Origin: Bacteroidales bacterium | GTDB lineage: Bacteria; Bacteroidota; Bacteroidia; Bacteroidales; WRLA01 | Length of the DNA: 64,000 bases | Direction of reading: 5' to 3' | Assembly (NCBI GenBank): GCA_965230045.1 | Contig: OZ245940.1 | Coordinates: 1,999,403 to 2,063,402, forward strand | Shown here: piece after piece, positions 36,895 to 47,502 of the stretch | Layout of the letters: the number at the start of each line of letters is the position of its first letter | Position numbering within the stretch: position 1 is the stretch's first letter | Translations under genes and position numbers: made by a program | Notes under the pieces: generated by a model | The model's database searches: none | Seen by the model: only the letters and a program-made list of their open reading frames with translations | Told to the model about the DNA's origin: nothing

Positions 36895-36990
36895 TTGCAA
36901 AGTCAAAGGGTAAGTGCGGCTTCTCGCTTGGTTCGGCTCCGCTTACTTCGACAAGCTCGGCACAGCGGACCATGGGACGCTCGAAGACCT
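36895..36990. repeat. Diverged, inverted relative of the inner module of the hairpin repeats
   Basis: Contains cttggttcggctccgct...ggacgctcgaagacc, similar to the reverse complement of ggtcactgagcgtcc...agcgtagccgaaccaag. Confidence 0.35.
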
Positions 36991-37081
36991 TAAAAAGCGC
37001 TTCTTAAGAGGAAATGTGACCAGGCATGAGGTATTCCGATAGCCTACGGAAGGAGGGATCTGTTGGGGATTTAACTTTTGT

Positions 37082-37451
37082 GGTTCTACTAGGAATTTCG
37101 TGGGTAACAATAATGTTTGAAAATAATATGGAGATATCTATTAATAAACTATTGATCCCTAACAGATTCCTCCCTTCACAAAGCCTTAATCACTTCGTTT
37201 GGCTTTGTTCCGGTCGGAATGACGCTGTTTATTACTTGTTTAAGGCAAATGCGGCGAGGACATCTTTAAAATATACTATTGTGTCCTCGCCGCATTTGCC
37301 TCCTGACTCCATAAAAACGCGTCATTCCGACAAAGTTTTCCGAAGAATGAGGAAACTTTGGAGGAATCTGTTTGAAATAGCATTCTAATTTCTTTCCACG
37401 AAATTCCGTGTAGAACCACATTTGTCTTTCCACGAAATTTCGTGTAGAACC
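37082..37451. mobile_element. MITE family B copy 2 (37082..37417) plus an extra solo right TIR (37426..37451)
   Basis: TIR ggttctactaggaatttcgtggg / ccacgaaattccgtgtagaacc. Flanks ACTTTTGT / ACATTTGT (7 of 8 positions match). The inner loop differs from copies 1 and 3. Confidence 0.8.
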
Positions 37452-37482
37452 TTTTTTATTGAGAAAATTGTACTTTCGAAGC

Positions 37483-37944
37483 ATGAAACTCAAAAGTTTA
37501 AATGACAGGTCTGATTTGCAGGGCCGAAAACTGCTCACAAAGAGATTTGCGCAATACCAAAAACTTATAGCCGAACTCAATCAGCGGGAATTGCCGGAAA
37601 GCATCATCGGCTTTATCAACCAAAAAACGGACTTCCTTAATGCTGTGCCCAATTATGACAATAGGTTCGGAAAGTACTTGCGATCGGCTTTGGTGCAGAT
37701 TATTGATTCGCTTGAAAAGGAACTTCAGCTTGTGCCAAAAAATCATTATCAGAACAAATATCTGGCTTTGGGGCTGGTTTTTGGCGTGCCTTTCGGTTTT
37801 ATTTTCGCAACAATACTCGATCAAATGGCTTTTATCAGCATTGGTTTGCCTATCGGAATGTCCATTGGAATAGCTATCGGTGCTTCCATGGATAAGAAGG
37901 CTGCACGCGAAGGCCGGCAATTGGATGTTGAAGCTTTTTATTAG
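37483..37944 (+). CDS. Hypothetical membrane protein (C-terminal Gly-rich TM region)
   Basis: C-terminus LALGLVFGVPFGFIFA...ISIGLPIGMSIGIAIGASM. ATG at 37483 is preferred over the TTG at 37459. Confidence 0.55.
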   Translation: MKLKSLNDRSDLQGRKLLTKRFAQYQKLIAELNQRELPESIIGFINQKTDFLNAVPNYDNRFGKYLRSALVQIIDSLEKELQLVPKNHYQNKYLALGLVFGVPFGFIFATILDQMAFISIGLPIGMSIGIAIGASMDKKAAREGRQLDVEAFY

Positions 37945-38169
37945 GCTTTTTTTCAGTGGATTAGGCGGTTACGGCTTCTCCCTTAATTTGCTTAACAACC
38001 TCTTTGTAATGTCTTGGATAGTTTAGAACAAATCTGCATGAAATATTTTTTCCCTGATATCCCGGTCGAAGCAAAAAAAGCGTATCCTCCGCGCATAAAA
38101 AAAGCCGGTCAAAAAAAGACCGGCCTTTAACAAAAAGGTTATCGAAGGTTTACATGTACTCAAACAAAA

Positions 38170-40248
38170 TTATTTGTTGTCATTTTTCTTGTCAGCAAGT
38201 TTCTTCAGGATTTCTTCCTGTACCGCTGGTGAAACCGGCATATACTGGTGGAAGTCCATAGAATAGCTGGCACGACCGCTGGAAAGGTTTCGCAATGTGC
38301 TGGCATAGCCAAACATCCCGCTGAGCGGAACAAAAGCAAGCAGTTTTTGCGATCCCTTGCGGAAACGGCGCATAGATTCTACCTTGCCACGACGACGGTT
38401 GAGGTTGCCTACGACATCGCCGATATATTCATCAGGTGTGTTTACTTCTACTTTCATTACAGGCTCCAGCAGGACAGGGTTTGCTTTCATAAAGGCTTCT
38501 TTAAAAGCAATGGAGGCACAGGTTTGGAAAGCCATATCCGAAGAATCTACCGGGTGGTGCTTACCGTCAACAAGTACGATTTTAACATCAACAACAGGGA
38601 ACTCGGCCAAAACACCACGCTCCATGGTTTTTCTGATTCCTTTATCAACCGATGGGATGAATTCGTTAGGAATAACACCGCCTTTGATATTGTCGATAAA
38701 CTCGTATCCGCTGCCGCCATTGGGCTCCATGCGGAAAGTAGTTTGTGCAAACTGGCCCTTGCCACCGGTTTGCTTGGAGTGACGGTATTCTGCCCTGATT
38801 TCGGACTGAATGGTTTCGCGGTAAGCAACAGCAGGCTCGCCCACGTTTACTTCAATTTTAAATTCGTCTTTAAGGCGGTCAACCATAATTTCCAGGTGCA
38901 GCTCGCCCATACCTGCAATCAGTGTTTCCTCTGTTTCTTCATCAAAATGAACATTGAAAGAAGGGTCTTCGATGGAGAGCTTGTGCAGCGCTTCGCCCAG
39001 TTTGCCCTGATCTTTGCGGGTTTTGGGCTCAATGCGCAGTTCAACTACTGATGGCGGTACATTAATTGATTCGAGATGAACCGGGGCATCCGGAGCGCAA
39101 AGTGTATCACCGGTTTTGGTAACTTTCATGCCAATGAGTGCAACAATATCGCCGGGCATTGCTTCTTCAATTTCCTCACGGTCTTTCGCGCGGATTTTCA
39201 TAATGCGCCCAATACGTTCCATCTTGCCTTTTGTGCTGTTATACACCTGCATGCCGCTTTTCAGGGTGCCGGAATACATGCGGATAAAAGTCTGCTGGCC
39301 AACATAAGGGTCGTTGATCAGTTTAAACGCCAGTGCGGCAAAAGGCTCTTTGCAGCTCGGGCCGCGCGTATGCGTTTTTTCTTCGTCATCTACATCTGTT
39401 CCTACAACGGCTTCAACATCAAGCGGGCTTGGCAGATAGTCAATTACCGCGTCAAGCAGCATCTGGACACCTTTGTTTTTGTAGGCAGAACCGCAGAAAA
39501 CCGGAGTGATATACATTTTTAAAGCTGCTTCGCGTGCCGCTGCTTTAAGCATTTCATTGGAGATGGGTTGCTCTTCCAGGAAAAGCTCCATTAATTCTTC
39601 ATCGAATTCGGCCAGTTTTTCGATCAGGTTGTTGCGTGCTTCTTCTGCTGCATCTTTCATATCTGCAGGAATTTCAACAATCTGGCGGCTTCCGTCTTCT
39701 TCGAAAAGATGCGCTTTTTCTTCAATCAAGTCTATAATGCCTTTAAAATCTTCTTCAGCACCAATTGGAAGCTGGAATGGCGTTGCATTGGCATCCAGAT
39801 ATTCGTCCATTGAGCCAACAGCCTGGGCAAAATCAGCACCGGTGCGGTCCATTTTGTTGATGAATGCAATACGTGGCACTTTGTAACGGTCAGCCTGGTT
39901 CCAAACGGTTTCACTTTGAGGTTCAACACCACTTACAGCGCAGAAAAGGGCAACCATACCGTCGATTACGCGCAGCGAACGCTCTACCTCAATAGTGAAG
40001 TCAACGTGGCCGGGAGTATCTATGATATTGATATTGTGATCGTTCCATTTTGCGCTGATCGCAGCGGATGCAATGGTAATACCGCGTTCCTGTTCCTGTT
40101 TCATGAAGTCCATGGTGGCCTGGCCGTCATGTACTTCGCCCAACTTCCGGTTTACGCCCGTGAAAAACAGTATGCGTTCTGTTGTTGTGGTTTTTCCCGC
40201 ATCAATATGGGCTGCAATTCCGATGTTCCTCAAACGACTTAAAGACAT
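38170..40248 (-). CDS. Elongation factor G family GTPase (stand-alone paralogue, not in a str-type operon)
   Basis: [33 protein letters not shown] and NKMDR G-motifs. Full five-domain length. Confidence 0.93.
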   Translation of the reverse strand: MSLSRLRNIGIAAHIDAGKTTTTERILFFTGVNRKLGEVHDGQATMDFMKQEQERGITIASAAISAKWNDHNINIIDTPGHVDFTIEVERSLRVIDGMVALFCAVSGVEPQSETVWNQADRYKVPRIAFINKMDRTGADFAQAVGSMDEYLDANATPFQLPIGAEEDFKGIIDLIEEKAHLFEEDGSRQIVEIPADMKDAAEEARNNLIEKLAEFDEELMELFLEEQPISNEMLKAAAREAALKMYITPVFCGSAYKNKGVQMLLDAVIDYLPSPLDVEAVVGTDVDDEEKTHTRGPSCKEPFAALAFKLINDPYVGQQTFIRMYSGTLKSGMQVYNSTKGKMERIGRIMKIRAKDREEIEEAMPGDIVALIGMKVTKTGDTLCAPDAPVHLESINVPPSVVELRIEPKTRKDQGKLGEALHKLSIEDPSFNVHFDEETEETLIAGMGELHLEIMVDRLKDEFKIEVNVGEPAVAYRETIQSEIRAEYRHSKQTGGKGQFAQTTFRMEPNGGSGYEFIDNIKGGVIPNEFIPSVDKGIRKTMERGVLAEFPVVDVKIVLVDGKHHPVDSSDMAFQTCASIAFKEAFMKANPVLLEPVMKVEVNTPDEYIGDVVGNLNRRRGKVESMRRFRKGSQKLLAFVPLSGMFGYASTLRNLSSGRASYSMDFHQYMPVSPAVQEEILKKLADKKNDNK

Positions 40249-40658
40249 TTTAAAAATTATTTATAATGATTAGTACTTTCTTCTATAATATGCCTGCTCT
40301 CAGATGAAAACATAAAAAAATTGAACCGCTGCAAAGCATATTATGTTCATCCCGGCTTTGCTAAAGGTCCAATTCCTCTTGATCTCACTAATTGCTTTAG
40401 GCTGTATGAACGTTAATTTCTTCTTAATTTAAAATTAAATTTCTTATTTTCAGTAGCTTAATATGAATTCTTCTTCTGAAAATTTGAGGGTGCAAAATTA
40501 GATTACTTTTTAATACGCGCAACATTAAATTTATATTAATTGGAATTTTTTGGACTTAAATTGTCTTTATCAGCCACCAAAATGCCGGCTGCCCATACGA
40601 TCAAGGGGTGGGCTAATAAATAATTTTTGAATATCAGGTCTTTGGCGATGTCGCTATT

Positions 40659-40916
40659 TTAAAATATTATGCGGCATTTATCTGATCCCTGCCCAGCCAT
40701 TTTGCGTCTGCATACTGTGCGCACCAAAATCCTCAGTCCCATAAACAGTAATCCCATCAACGACAATACCGAAAATACGATTAAAGTGATCACGGAAAAT
40801 TCGATTACCGTATGCCAGAAATTTGCATAGGCTTCATCCGAATCAATCAAATAGCCAAAGCCTGTCAGCAGGAGCGCCAATCCAAAAATGTAAGGGAGCA
40901 GTTTCGTGAATTTCAT
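40659..40916 (-). CDS. Small hypothetical membrane protein (2 TM)
   Basis: Two hydrophobic segments. No other evidence. Confidence 0.4.
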   Translation of the reverse strand: MKFTKLLPYIFGLALLLTGFGYLIDSDEAYANFWHTVIEFSVITLIVFSVLSLMGLLFMGLRILVRTVCRRKMAGQGSDKCRIIF

Positions 40917-40994
40917 AAAATGGGGTTTCTTTTTAAACGGCAGATTCTGGAAATTAGTGCGTGCACAATTATCTTTCCAGGCTGTATTCTAAAT

Positions 40995-41363
40995 GGTTCT
41001 ACTAGGAATTTCGTGGGTTACAATAATGGTTGAAAAAAAATATGCAGATATTTATTAATGACCTATGGTATCCCTAACAGATTCCTCCCTCCCGATAGCT
41101 ATCGGGACAAAGCTTTAATCATTTCGTTTAGCTTTGTTCCGGTCGGAATGACGCTGTTTATTAGGTGTTTAAGGCAAATGCGGCCTGGTCACTGAGCGTC
41201 CTGTGGTGAGCGTAGCCGAACCAAGTCGAAGTGCGCCGCATTTGCCTCCTGACTTCATAAAAACGCGTCATTCCGACAAAGTTTTCCGAAGTATGAGGAA
41301 ACTTTGGAGGAATCTGTTTGGAATAGCATTCAAGTTTCTTTCCACGAAATACAGTGTAGAACC
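40995..41363. mobile_element. MITE family B copy 3 (369 bp)
   Basis: TIR ggttctactaggaatttcgtggg / ccacgaaatacagtgtagaacc. Flanks TTCTAAAT / TCTAATAT. Same inner module as copy 1. Confidence 0.8.
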
Positions 41364-41478
41364 TCTAATATTAAGGAGTAATTATTGTTATTCAAAATAA
41401 AATTATCGTTTAACAATAAATATTTCTTGCTTTTTGATAATTCTTGCCTTATCTTTGCTGCATTAAAAATCAATTGCT

Positions 41479-42108
41479 ATGAAAACACAAAATCAATCTT
41501 TCAGTATCAAATTAATTTTTTGGGGCACCCAAATTACGTTTTGGCTCTTTTGTGCCTCCATGCTCGTAGGCGTTTTTCTGTCTGTTGGCTTTATTTATGG
41601 TTTCATCCGGCCGGATAACCTGGCTGTAGGTGTTCCGGTTGGACTGGACCTTGCGCAAAACGGCCTGCTGCAAATTGATGGCCACGATATAGCCGTGCGT
41701 TTTGTTGAGATGCAGGGCAGAATCCGTTTTAGCGACGGAACACCACAGTTTATTGGGCGCATTTACGGTGTATTTATGCTGCTGGCCATTGCATTGTTTT
41801 TCTACGTCTTTTACACCTTTAAAAACTTCATCGGCACAATTTATAAAGGCGATTATTTCAATAAAAGAAATATCGGCCTTCTTAAAAGGATTGCCTATGC
41901 TGTTGCTCTTGGCTGGTTGTTTATGCTGTTTTATGCCTATTTTCAGTATTTCTACATTGTGCAGCGCCTCGATTATCCGGTACTCGACAGTGCCGCAGAC
42001 TTGCAATTTTATCCTGCTGTTTTGCTTGCAGCCCTTTTTATTTGGGTGCTCTCGCATGTCTTTGTAAAAGGCGTCGAATTACAGGAAAATAACGATTTAA
42101 CTATTTAG
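41479..42108 (+). CDS. DUF2975-type membrane protein
   Basis: Four-TM profile and the usual pairing with a downstream YozG-like HTH gene. Confidence 0.65.
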   Translation: MKTQNQSFSIKLIFWGTQITFWLFCASMLVGVFLSVGFIYGFIRPDNLAVGVPVGLDLAQNGLLQIDGHDIAVRFVEMQGRIRFSDGTPQFIGRIYGVFMLLAIALFFYVFYTFKNFIGTIYKGDYFNKRNIGLLKRIAYAVALGWLFMLFYAYFQYFYIVQRLDYPVLDSAADLQFYPAVLLAALFIWVLSHVFVKGVELQENNDLTI

Positions 42109-42250
42109 TGCTTGTCCATAATGTCCGATCTCAGCGTTATTTCTTTTGCTGGAAACAGTCATTTACGCCAGTAAACTCCTCGTTTCCAGCAAAAGAAATG
42201 CCTCGACCTCGAACATTCTGAATCAAGCACAGTACTTTATAGACAGAAAC
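42108..42250. mobile_element. MITE family A, subtype A1 (inverted), with TSD TATTTA (42102..42107 and 42251..42256)
   Basis: Termini gtgcttgtccataatgtccgatc ... ctttatagacagaaac. A perfect 6-bp duplication flanks it. Confidence 0.85.
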
Positions 42251-42259
42251 TATTTAATT

Positions 42260-42481
42260 ATGGGTATTATAGTTAACCTTGACGTGATGCTGGCCAAACG
42301 AAAGATGAGCCTCACCGAATTAAGCGGACGCATTGGGATCACTATGGCCAATCTCAGCATCCTAAAAAAAGGAAAAGCCAAAGCGGTGCGCTTCAGCACG
42401 CTGGAAGCTATTTGCGAAGTGCTGGAATGTCAGCCCGGCGATATCCTGGAATATGAACCTCAAAAAAAACTTTCAAAATGA
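42260..42481 (+). CDS. XRE/YozG-like helix-turn-helix transcriptional regulator
   Basis: MGIIVNLDVMLAKRKMSLTELSGRIGITMANLSILKKGKAKAVRFSTLEAICEVLECQPGDILEY. The ORF-track start at 42146 lies inside the MITE and was rejected. Confidence 0.85.
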   Translation: MGIIVNLDVMLAKRKMSLTELSGRIGITMANLSILKKGKAKAVRFSTLEAICEVLECQPGDILEYEPQKKLSK

Positions 42482-42687
42482 GTAAAGACAGAACGCCTAA
42501 GGAATTTATTGTTGGCCGCAACATCAGGCTGACCTGCCAAATATGTGGCCATAAACGTTTTTATACCCGCAAAACTTTGATGAATACGGTGGCTTTCAGT
42601 TTCCTGAATATTGATTGGGCCAATAAAAAAGCCACCAATTATATTTGTGAGCAGTGTGGCTATATCCATTGGTTTATGGAAGAGTGA
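42478..42687 (+). CDS. Small zinc-ribbon protein (CxxC...CxxC)
   Basis: CQICGH ... CEQCGY. ATGA start/stop overlap with the HTH gene. Confidence 0.55.
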   Translation: MSKDRTPKEFIVGRNIRLTCQICGHKRFYTRKTLMNTVAFSFLNIDWANKKATNYICEQCGYIHWFMEE

Positions 42688-42749
42688 AACTTTGGATATA
42701 TTGGCGCCCTCTATAGCCCAGCCATCAAGCTTCCGCTTCAACGGACAAA

Positions 42750-42875
42750 GCTACCGCGCGTGTCCCAGCTACCGCGCGTGTCCTCCCCAGCTACCGCGCG
42801 TGTCCTCACGCGTGGTACTGCTTAAATATCAACCACAATAACATCTTCGGGTATCGATTTTTTTCTGCATAATCC
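42750..42875. repeat. REP-like hairpin units plus an 89-bp direct repeat (42787..42875), copy 1
   Basis: agctaccgcgcgtgtcc occurs three times, closed by cacgcgtggtactg. It is followed by a short remnant of a RayT-like gene 3' end. The partner copy is at 50555..50643. Confidence 0.75.
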
Positions 42876-43236
42876 CTGATATTCCGTGATACCTCATATG
42901 ATTCATAGCACCCATCGGATAACGCTACTCATCGGATGACTCCAAGTCATCCGATGAGTAGGTCTAATTTGCCTCAATAAGTATATTTACAGAATATCTG
43001 CCCGAAGCAAGCCCGCAGCAGCCGGCTGCCCGCAAAGTATTTACAGGGACTTGGTATAGCGATGGTATAGCGAAAACCCCTGTGGGGACAATGCGGGTTT
43101 TGCGGGGAATTACCGAAAAAATCGGTAAAAATTTGCCTTACAAAATTGCCATAATCCCGCATGCTTTTACTAATTGCTAAGGTCTTCCTGGGTTTACTTC
43201 AAGTATTTAGATTGATGATTACAGGCGTAGAAATTA

Positions 43237-43320
43237 TTTTTGATGCGCATCAAAAACTTTTTTTACGCGCATAAAAACCATTTTTCATGCGCATGAAAAT
43301 CAATTTTGATGCGCATGCAA
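43237..43320. promoter_or_regulatory. Four phased 18-bp palindromes TTTTnATGCGCATnAAAA (centres ~43245.5, 43268.5, 43290.5, 43312.5)
   Basis: ttttgatgcgcatcaaaa and ttttcatgcgcatgaaaa are perfect dyads and the other two have one mismatch each. Spacing is 23/22/22 bp. The array lies ~230 bp upstream of the integrase gene. Confidence 0.6.
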
Positions 43321-43548
43321 ATTTCAAGGCAACAAGAGCTGTTGAAAGAAAGATGCTTTTGTGTGTTCAGATAAGACACGGCTACTTGGTGAGCGGATCA
43401 GGTTTTTTGCCAAATACAGGCGGGCTTGTTTGGTTTATGCCATTAATATGATTGCCCTCCGAAAAACGCGGGTAATCCCAAAAAAAAACATAGAACCATA
43501 CGTACCAATCAATATTTTCCATATATTTGATGTTTGAAACAAAAATAA

Positions 43549-44700
43549 ATGAGGAAGCCCAAAATCACACTGGCATTTGAAGAACACAGCAAGCAGGCGG
43601 TGGTATGCCTGTGTTTTGAAAAGGACTCCACACTTATCTGGAAGGTGAAAGCCCTCCCGAATGCCCGTTGGAGCCAGAGCAGAAAGTTTTGGGACATTCC
43701 AAAAGAAGCATTTGATCTGCATACAGTATTTGAAGTACTCAATCCGTTTGCTTATTTGGATTATTCGGCATTAAAAACAAAAGGGGCAAAGCCTGAACTG
43801 AATAAAAACGCCAGAAGACCGAAACCTAATCCAACTGATAAATTATCCAATACGCATCAGCATGAACTTTCCGAGTTTCGGGTATGGATGCAGCAGCAGC
43901 GCTATGCCACAAACTCAATTAAAATTTATCAGTATTGCCTCGCTAATTTCTTTCGTTTTTACCCTGAAAAGGAAATTGATGAAATCAACAATCGTGATAT
44001 CGAAAAATTCAATCATGATTTTATTTTAAAAAACGGATATTCCTCAAAAACCCAAAACCAGTATATCAGTGCCATTAAAACCTATTATTTGAAAATGAAA
44101 GGCACCAATCATATACTGGCTCAACTTGAACGCCCAATTGAAGGCCAAAAGCTTCCAAAAGTACTGCCCGTTGATTTGGTGCAAAAAATGCTTGAATGCA
44201 TTTCAAACATCAAACATAAAACCGCATTAACCACAATTTATGCGTTGGGACTGCGACGAAGCGAATTATTGAATATAAAATTGAGGGATATCAGTTTTGA
44301 AAGAGATGCCGTAGAAATCCGTAATTCAAAAGGGAAAAAAGACAGGGTTCTGCCTCTGCCCCGTAGTTTAAAGCAACTGCTCACAACCTACCTCCGGCAT
44401 TTTGAGCCACAGATTTGGCTCATCGAAGGGCAAAAGCCGGAAAGCCAGTATTCGCCTACAAGCCTTGAGAAAATTTTTAAAAAATACCTGGCAAATGTTA
44501 CCATAAACGACGCTTTTTCACTACATTGCCTGCGACATAGTTATGCAACACATTTATTGGACATGGGGGTAGATTTGCGGATCATACAGGAATTGCTCGG
44601 GCATAAAAGCAGCAGAACAACAGAGATTTATACACATGTGAGCATGAAGAATTTAAAAAACGTTAAAAACCCATTGGATCAATTTGGAGGAATAACATGA
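43549..44700 (+). CDS. Tyrosine-type site-specific recombinase/integrase
   Basis: C-terminal catalytic region LRHSYATHLLDMGVDLRIIQELLGHKSSRTTEIYTHV. The R...HxxR...Y pattern is present. Confidence 0.92.
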   Translation: MRKPKITLAFEEHSKQAVVCLCFEKDSTLIWKVKALPNARWSQSRKFWDIPKEAFDLHTVFEVLNPFAYLDYSALKTKGAKPELNKNARRPKPNPTDKLSNTHQHELSEFRVWMQQQRYATNSIKIYQYCLANFFRFYPEKEIDEINNRDIEKFNHDFILKNGYSSKTQNQYISAIKTYYLKMKGTNHILAQLERPIEGQKLPKVLPVDLVQKMLECISNIKHKTALTTIYALGLRRSELLNIKLRDISFERDAVEIRNSKGKKDRVLPLPRSLKQLLTTYLRHFEPQIWLIEGQKPESQYSPTSLEKIFKKYLANVTINDAFSLHCLRHSYATHLLDMGVDLRIIQELLGHKSSRTTEIYTHVSMKNLKNVKNPLDQFGGIT

Positions 44701-44854
44701 ATACATTTGAAATAAAAACAATAAAAGGTGAACATATCCGCAGTATAATGTTGGATATAGTTACTAAAGGTGAACATATAAGTAGTTATGGGTTATTAAA
44801 ATTGCAACACATATAAATCAATTTATTAATGTTTAATTTAAAAAAGGAAGTATT

Positions 44855-45307
44855 ATGAAACAATTATTTTTTTTAACTCTAACAATGACAATGTTAGTCG
44901 GACAATTAATGGCTCAAAGTGGAAAGATTTATTTTTCAAATGGTAAAACATTAAATTTTTCAGAAATTAATTATTTGCAAGGTAAGCTGACAGAAACTAA
45001 AGCCAGTTTTAAAGATGGTAAAATGAGAATTGATTATGAAAATAGTATTAGAGAAGTTCCATTTGACAAAATCAAATCAATTGAGGTGAAAACTTGGAAA
45101 CCTAATTGTCCGACTTGCAACTCTTTATTTGATGTAAACTTAAATATTCAAACGAAATCAGGGGTTTATATAACCAATACAAATCATACATTGCTTGAAT
45201 ACGTAATTGTGTTTATCAATGACGAACTGACTGGTGAACAAGTTAGACAGAAAGTTTATTTTGGCTCAAGTGGAAAAAAGAATATTAACAAAATTGTAAT
45301 CTACTAA
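44855..45307 (+). CDS. Hypothetical secreted protein
   Basis: N-terminal signal peptide MKQLFFLTLTMTMLVGQLMA. AT-rich DNA. Confidence 0.6.
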   Translation: MKQLFFLTLTMTMLVGQLMAQSGKIYFSNGKTLNFSEINYLQGKLTETKASFKDGKMRIDYENSIREVPFDKIKSIEVKTWKPNCPTCNSLFDVNLNIQTKSGVYITNTNHTLLEYVIVFINDELTGEQVRQKVYFGSSGKKNINKIVIY

Positions 45308-45523
45308 TAACAACCCATAACATTTTGTATAAGTAATGGCAGATATGTGCTAAATTTTAAGGTTCGTAACCTGCTCAAACTGCGTAGTGGTTTGACAGGA
45401 AACTACCACGCAATCTGCCACTACTCATACAATTTACCGTTGGCATGCATTGTAAAACGCTTAGACAATAGAGAAAATTTTTTGTAAAAAAGAAGAACCA
45501 TTAACAAATAAAATCTAATCATT

Positions 45524-46576
45524 ATGAAGCGAATTTCCTTATTAACAATTTTGTTATTTTATCTAGTATTCTTTTTCGGGTGTGAAAAAGAAGAATCCAG
45601 TGTTAATCCTAAAGCTAATTTCATGAACTTCAGATTACATGATATTTATTGGTCTGAATCGGTAGATCAAGATTCAGACTGTTTTCCATCAAGTCGTGTT
45701 TTAGTGTTTGAAATGTCAATTTCTTGTACGTGCGAAAACAACTTTAATATTAATGTTTATTCTGATAATATTTTGTGTGGCAGCTCTTTAAATAATAGTA
45801 TAACTGAAAGTAGTTGCAATGGCATGGAACCAATTATTCAAAAGTTTGAGGTTATTGTAAATGACAATAATAAACTTACTCATGATGAATATGACTTTGA
45901 TGTAATAATAAACTCTAATGGTTTTAGTGAAGATATATGGCCAAACCCGGCAAATTATAATCCATTTTGGTCAGAATTTGTTGATATGTTTAGTGATCAA
46001 AAGTTTGAAACTGATGATGAAGAAATTCTTCCGGATGGGCAATGGCTAATTTATGATGATGATAGTTTTGAATCTCAAATGAGTCCAGCCACTATCCCAT
46101 TGCCTAATATGGGAAATGGTAATATGGCAGTATTCTGGACCAGATTCACAAAACCTATTGAATGGCAAGATTACAATTTAGTAATTAAAAAAGTTAAAGT
46201 GTTTAATAAATCTGGGGCAAACCTTCCAATTAATATTGTTGCTTCGTCAGGCTCTGTTTTCCATCATGGATACAATTTTCCAACACATGAAGGTGAATAT
46301 GGCTCATGGCAAAATATTTATTCTGATAAAGTATGGGATTCAAACACATGGATTGAAGTTGAGACTGATAAAGAAATTAATGCTGAAGATTTTTTTGTTG
46401 GTATCGAACATGTTGAAATGTTTACGTTTTTAATTGGTGTTGACGTTCAAAACCAATCAACAGCAAGAAGTGGAATTACCACATATAATGCTGCTTGGAA
46501 CTTGTTCATGGGAGCATTTAATGATGCTGAATACGGGATTAGGGTATATGTGGAACCAATAGGAGGATGTAATTAA
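45524..46576 (+). CDS. Hypothetical lipoprotein
   Basis: Signal peptide with lipobox-like FFFGC. AT-rich DNA. No recognisable domain. Confidence 0.6.
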   Translation: MKRISLLTILLFYLVFFFGCEKEESSVNPKANFMNFRLHDIYWSESVDQDSDCFPSSRVLVFEMSISCTCENNFNINVYSDNILCGSSLNNSITESSCNGMEPIIQKFEVIVNDNNKLTHDEYDFDVIINSNGFSEDIWPNPANYNPFWSEFVDMFSDQKFETDDEEILPDGQWLIYDDDSFESQMSPATIPLPNMGNGNMAVFWTRFTKPIEWQDYNLVIKKVKVFNKSGANLPINIVASSGSVFHHGYNFPTHEGEYGSWQNIYSDKVWDSNTWIEVETDKEINAEDFFVGIEHVEMFTFLIGVDVQNQSTARSGITTYNAAWNLFMGAFNDAEYGIRVYVEPIGGCN

Positions 46577-46930
46577 AAGTTTGTGTAAGACTTTATGGAA
46601 CTTTTACTTAACTCAAATGTACAAAGTTGAAGATGTAAAAACAACGACATGCCAACAATTAAGCAACGTTTTCCGGCCATAGCCGGAATATCCCGTTAGG
46701 CGGGACAAGTAGTGCTTTGTGTTGAACAGCCTGTCCCGAGCCATTCGGGAAAACCGGTGTACCTATATATTGGGGAATCAATTTTTGCGGTATTTTCTGC
46801 CAAATACCTTAAGGGAAGGGAAAGCAGGCCATTTTCAGCCGAAAAGCTTTGGTTTGCAATAATTCAAATGAACGTTTTGTCAAGATATGATGCCTGCCAC
46901 AGTCCATTTTGTGGGGCTTAGGCATAATTA

Positions 46931-47073
46931 GAGTTCGTCTATAAAGTCGTGTTTTTAGTTCAGAATGTTCGAGGTCGAGGCATTCTCGGTATTGAAAATA
47001 AGGAGCTTACTAAAGTAAGTGACTGGTTTCAATACCGAGAATAACGCTGAGATCGGATATTATGGACAAAAAC
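46931..47073. mobile_element. MITE family A, subtype A1
   Basis: gagttcgtctataaagtcg...gaggtcgaggcat...cttactaaagtaag...gatcggatattatggacaaaaac. Left flank TAATTA, right flank degenerate (TAACCA). Confidence 0.8.
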
Positions 47074-47133
47074 TAACCATATCAGTCCTGCATTGCAGGG
47101 GCAGAAGGAAAACAATAAAGCATGTGCATTTTC

Positions 47134-47391
47134 TCAGCAATCATCCGGAGCCCTGATTCGCTCATGGAATGATTCGGGGATTATTTCCACGAGCCACATC
47201 CTCCCGCCACAGTTGGTGCAAAATCCCACAACAATGTTCATGCGTGTTTCTGCAATTTCTTCCCAGCCCATTTTCTTTTTTTGCGGCCTTGGCTGGTTAA
47301 AATATTCATACAGGGCAGGCAAGGCCTTTCCTTTTGCAGCCGAAGACATACTGAATTCTTCATTAAATAAACCATTTTTGAATAAAATCAA
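47134..47391 (-). CDS. Hypothetical 85-aa ORF, possibly a gene fragment between a MITE and the IS1380-type element
   Basis: ORF only. Contains CTNCGG. No family recognised. Confidence 0.3.
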   Translation of the reverse strand: MILFKNGLFNEEFSMSSAAKGKALPALYEYFNQPRPQKKKMGWEEIAETRMNIVVGFCTNCGGRMWLVEIIPESFHERIRAPDDC

Positions 47392-47502
47392 TGAAGAACT
47401 CTATCCTAAATTATTCATAAACCAAAAAAAAATAGGGAAATTTGTGCGATACCTCATTGATATTCAGTATCTTTATGTCGGCAAACAAAAACAAAAATCC
47501 CT

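Noticed and set aside
42146-42259. N-terminal extension of the HTH gene given by the ORF track
   Set aside because: The extension is translated from MITE sequence. The conserved protein begins at MGIIVNLD (42260).
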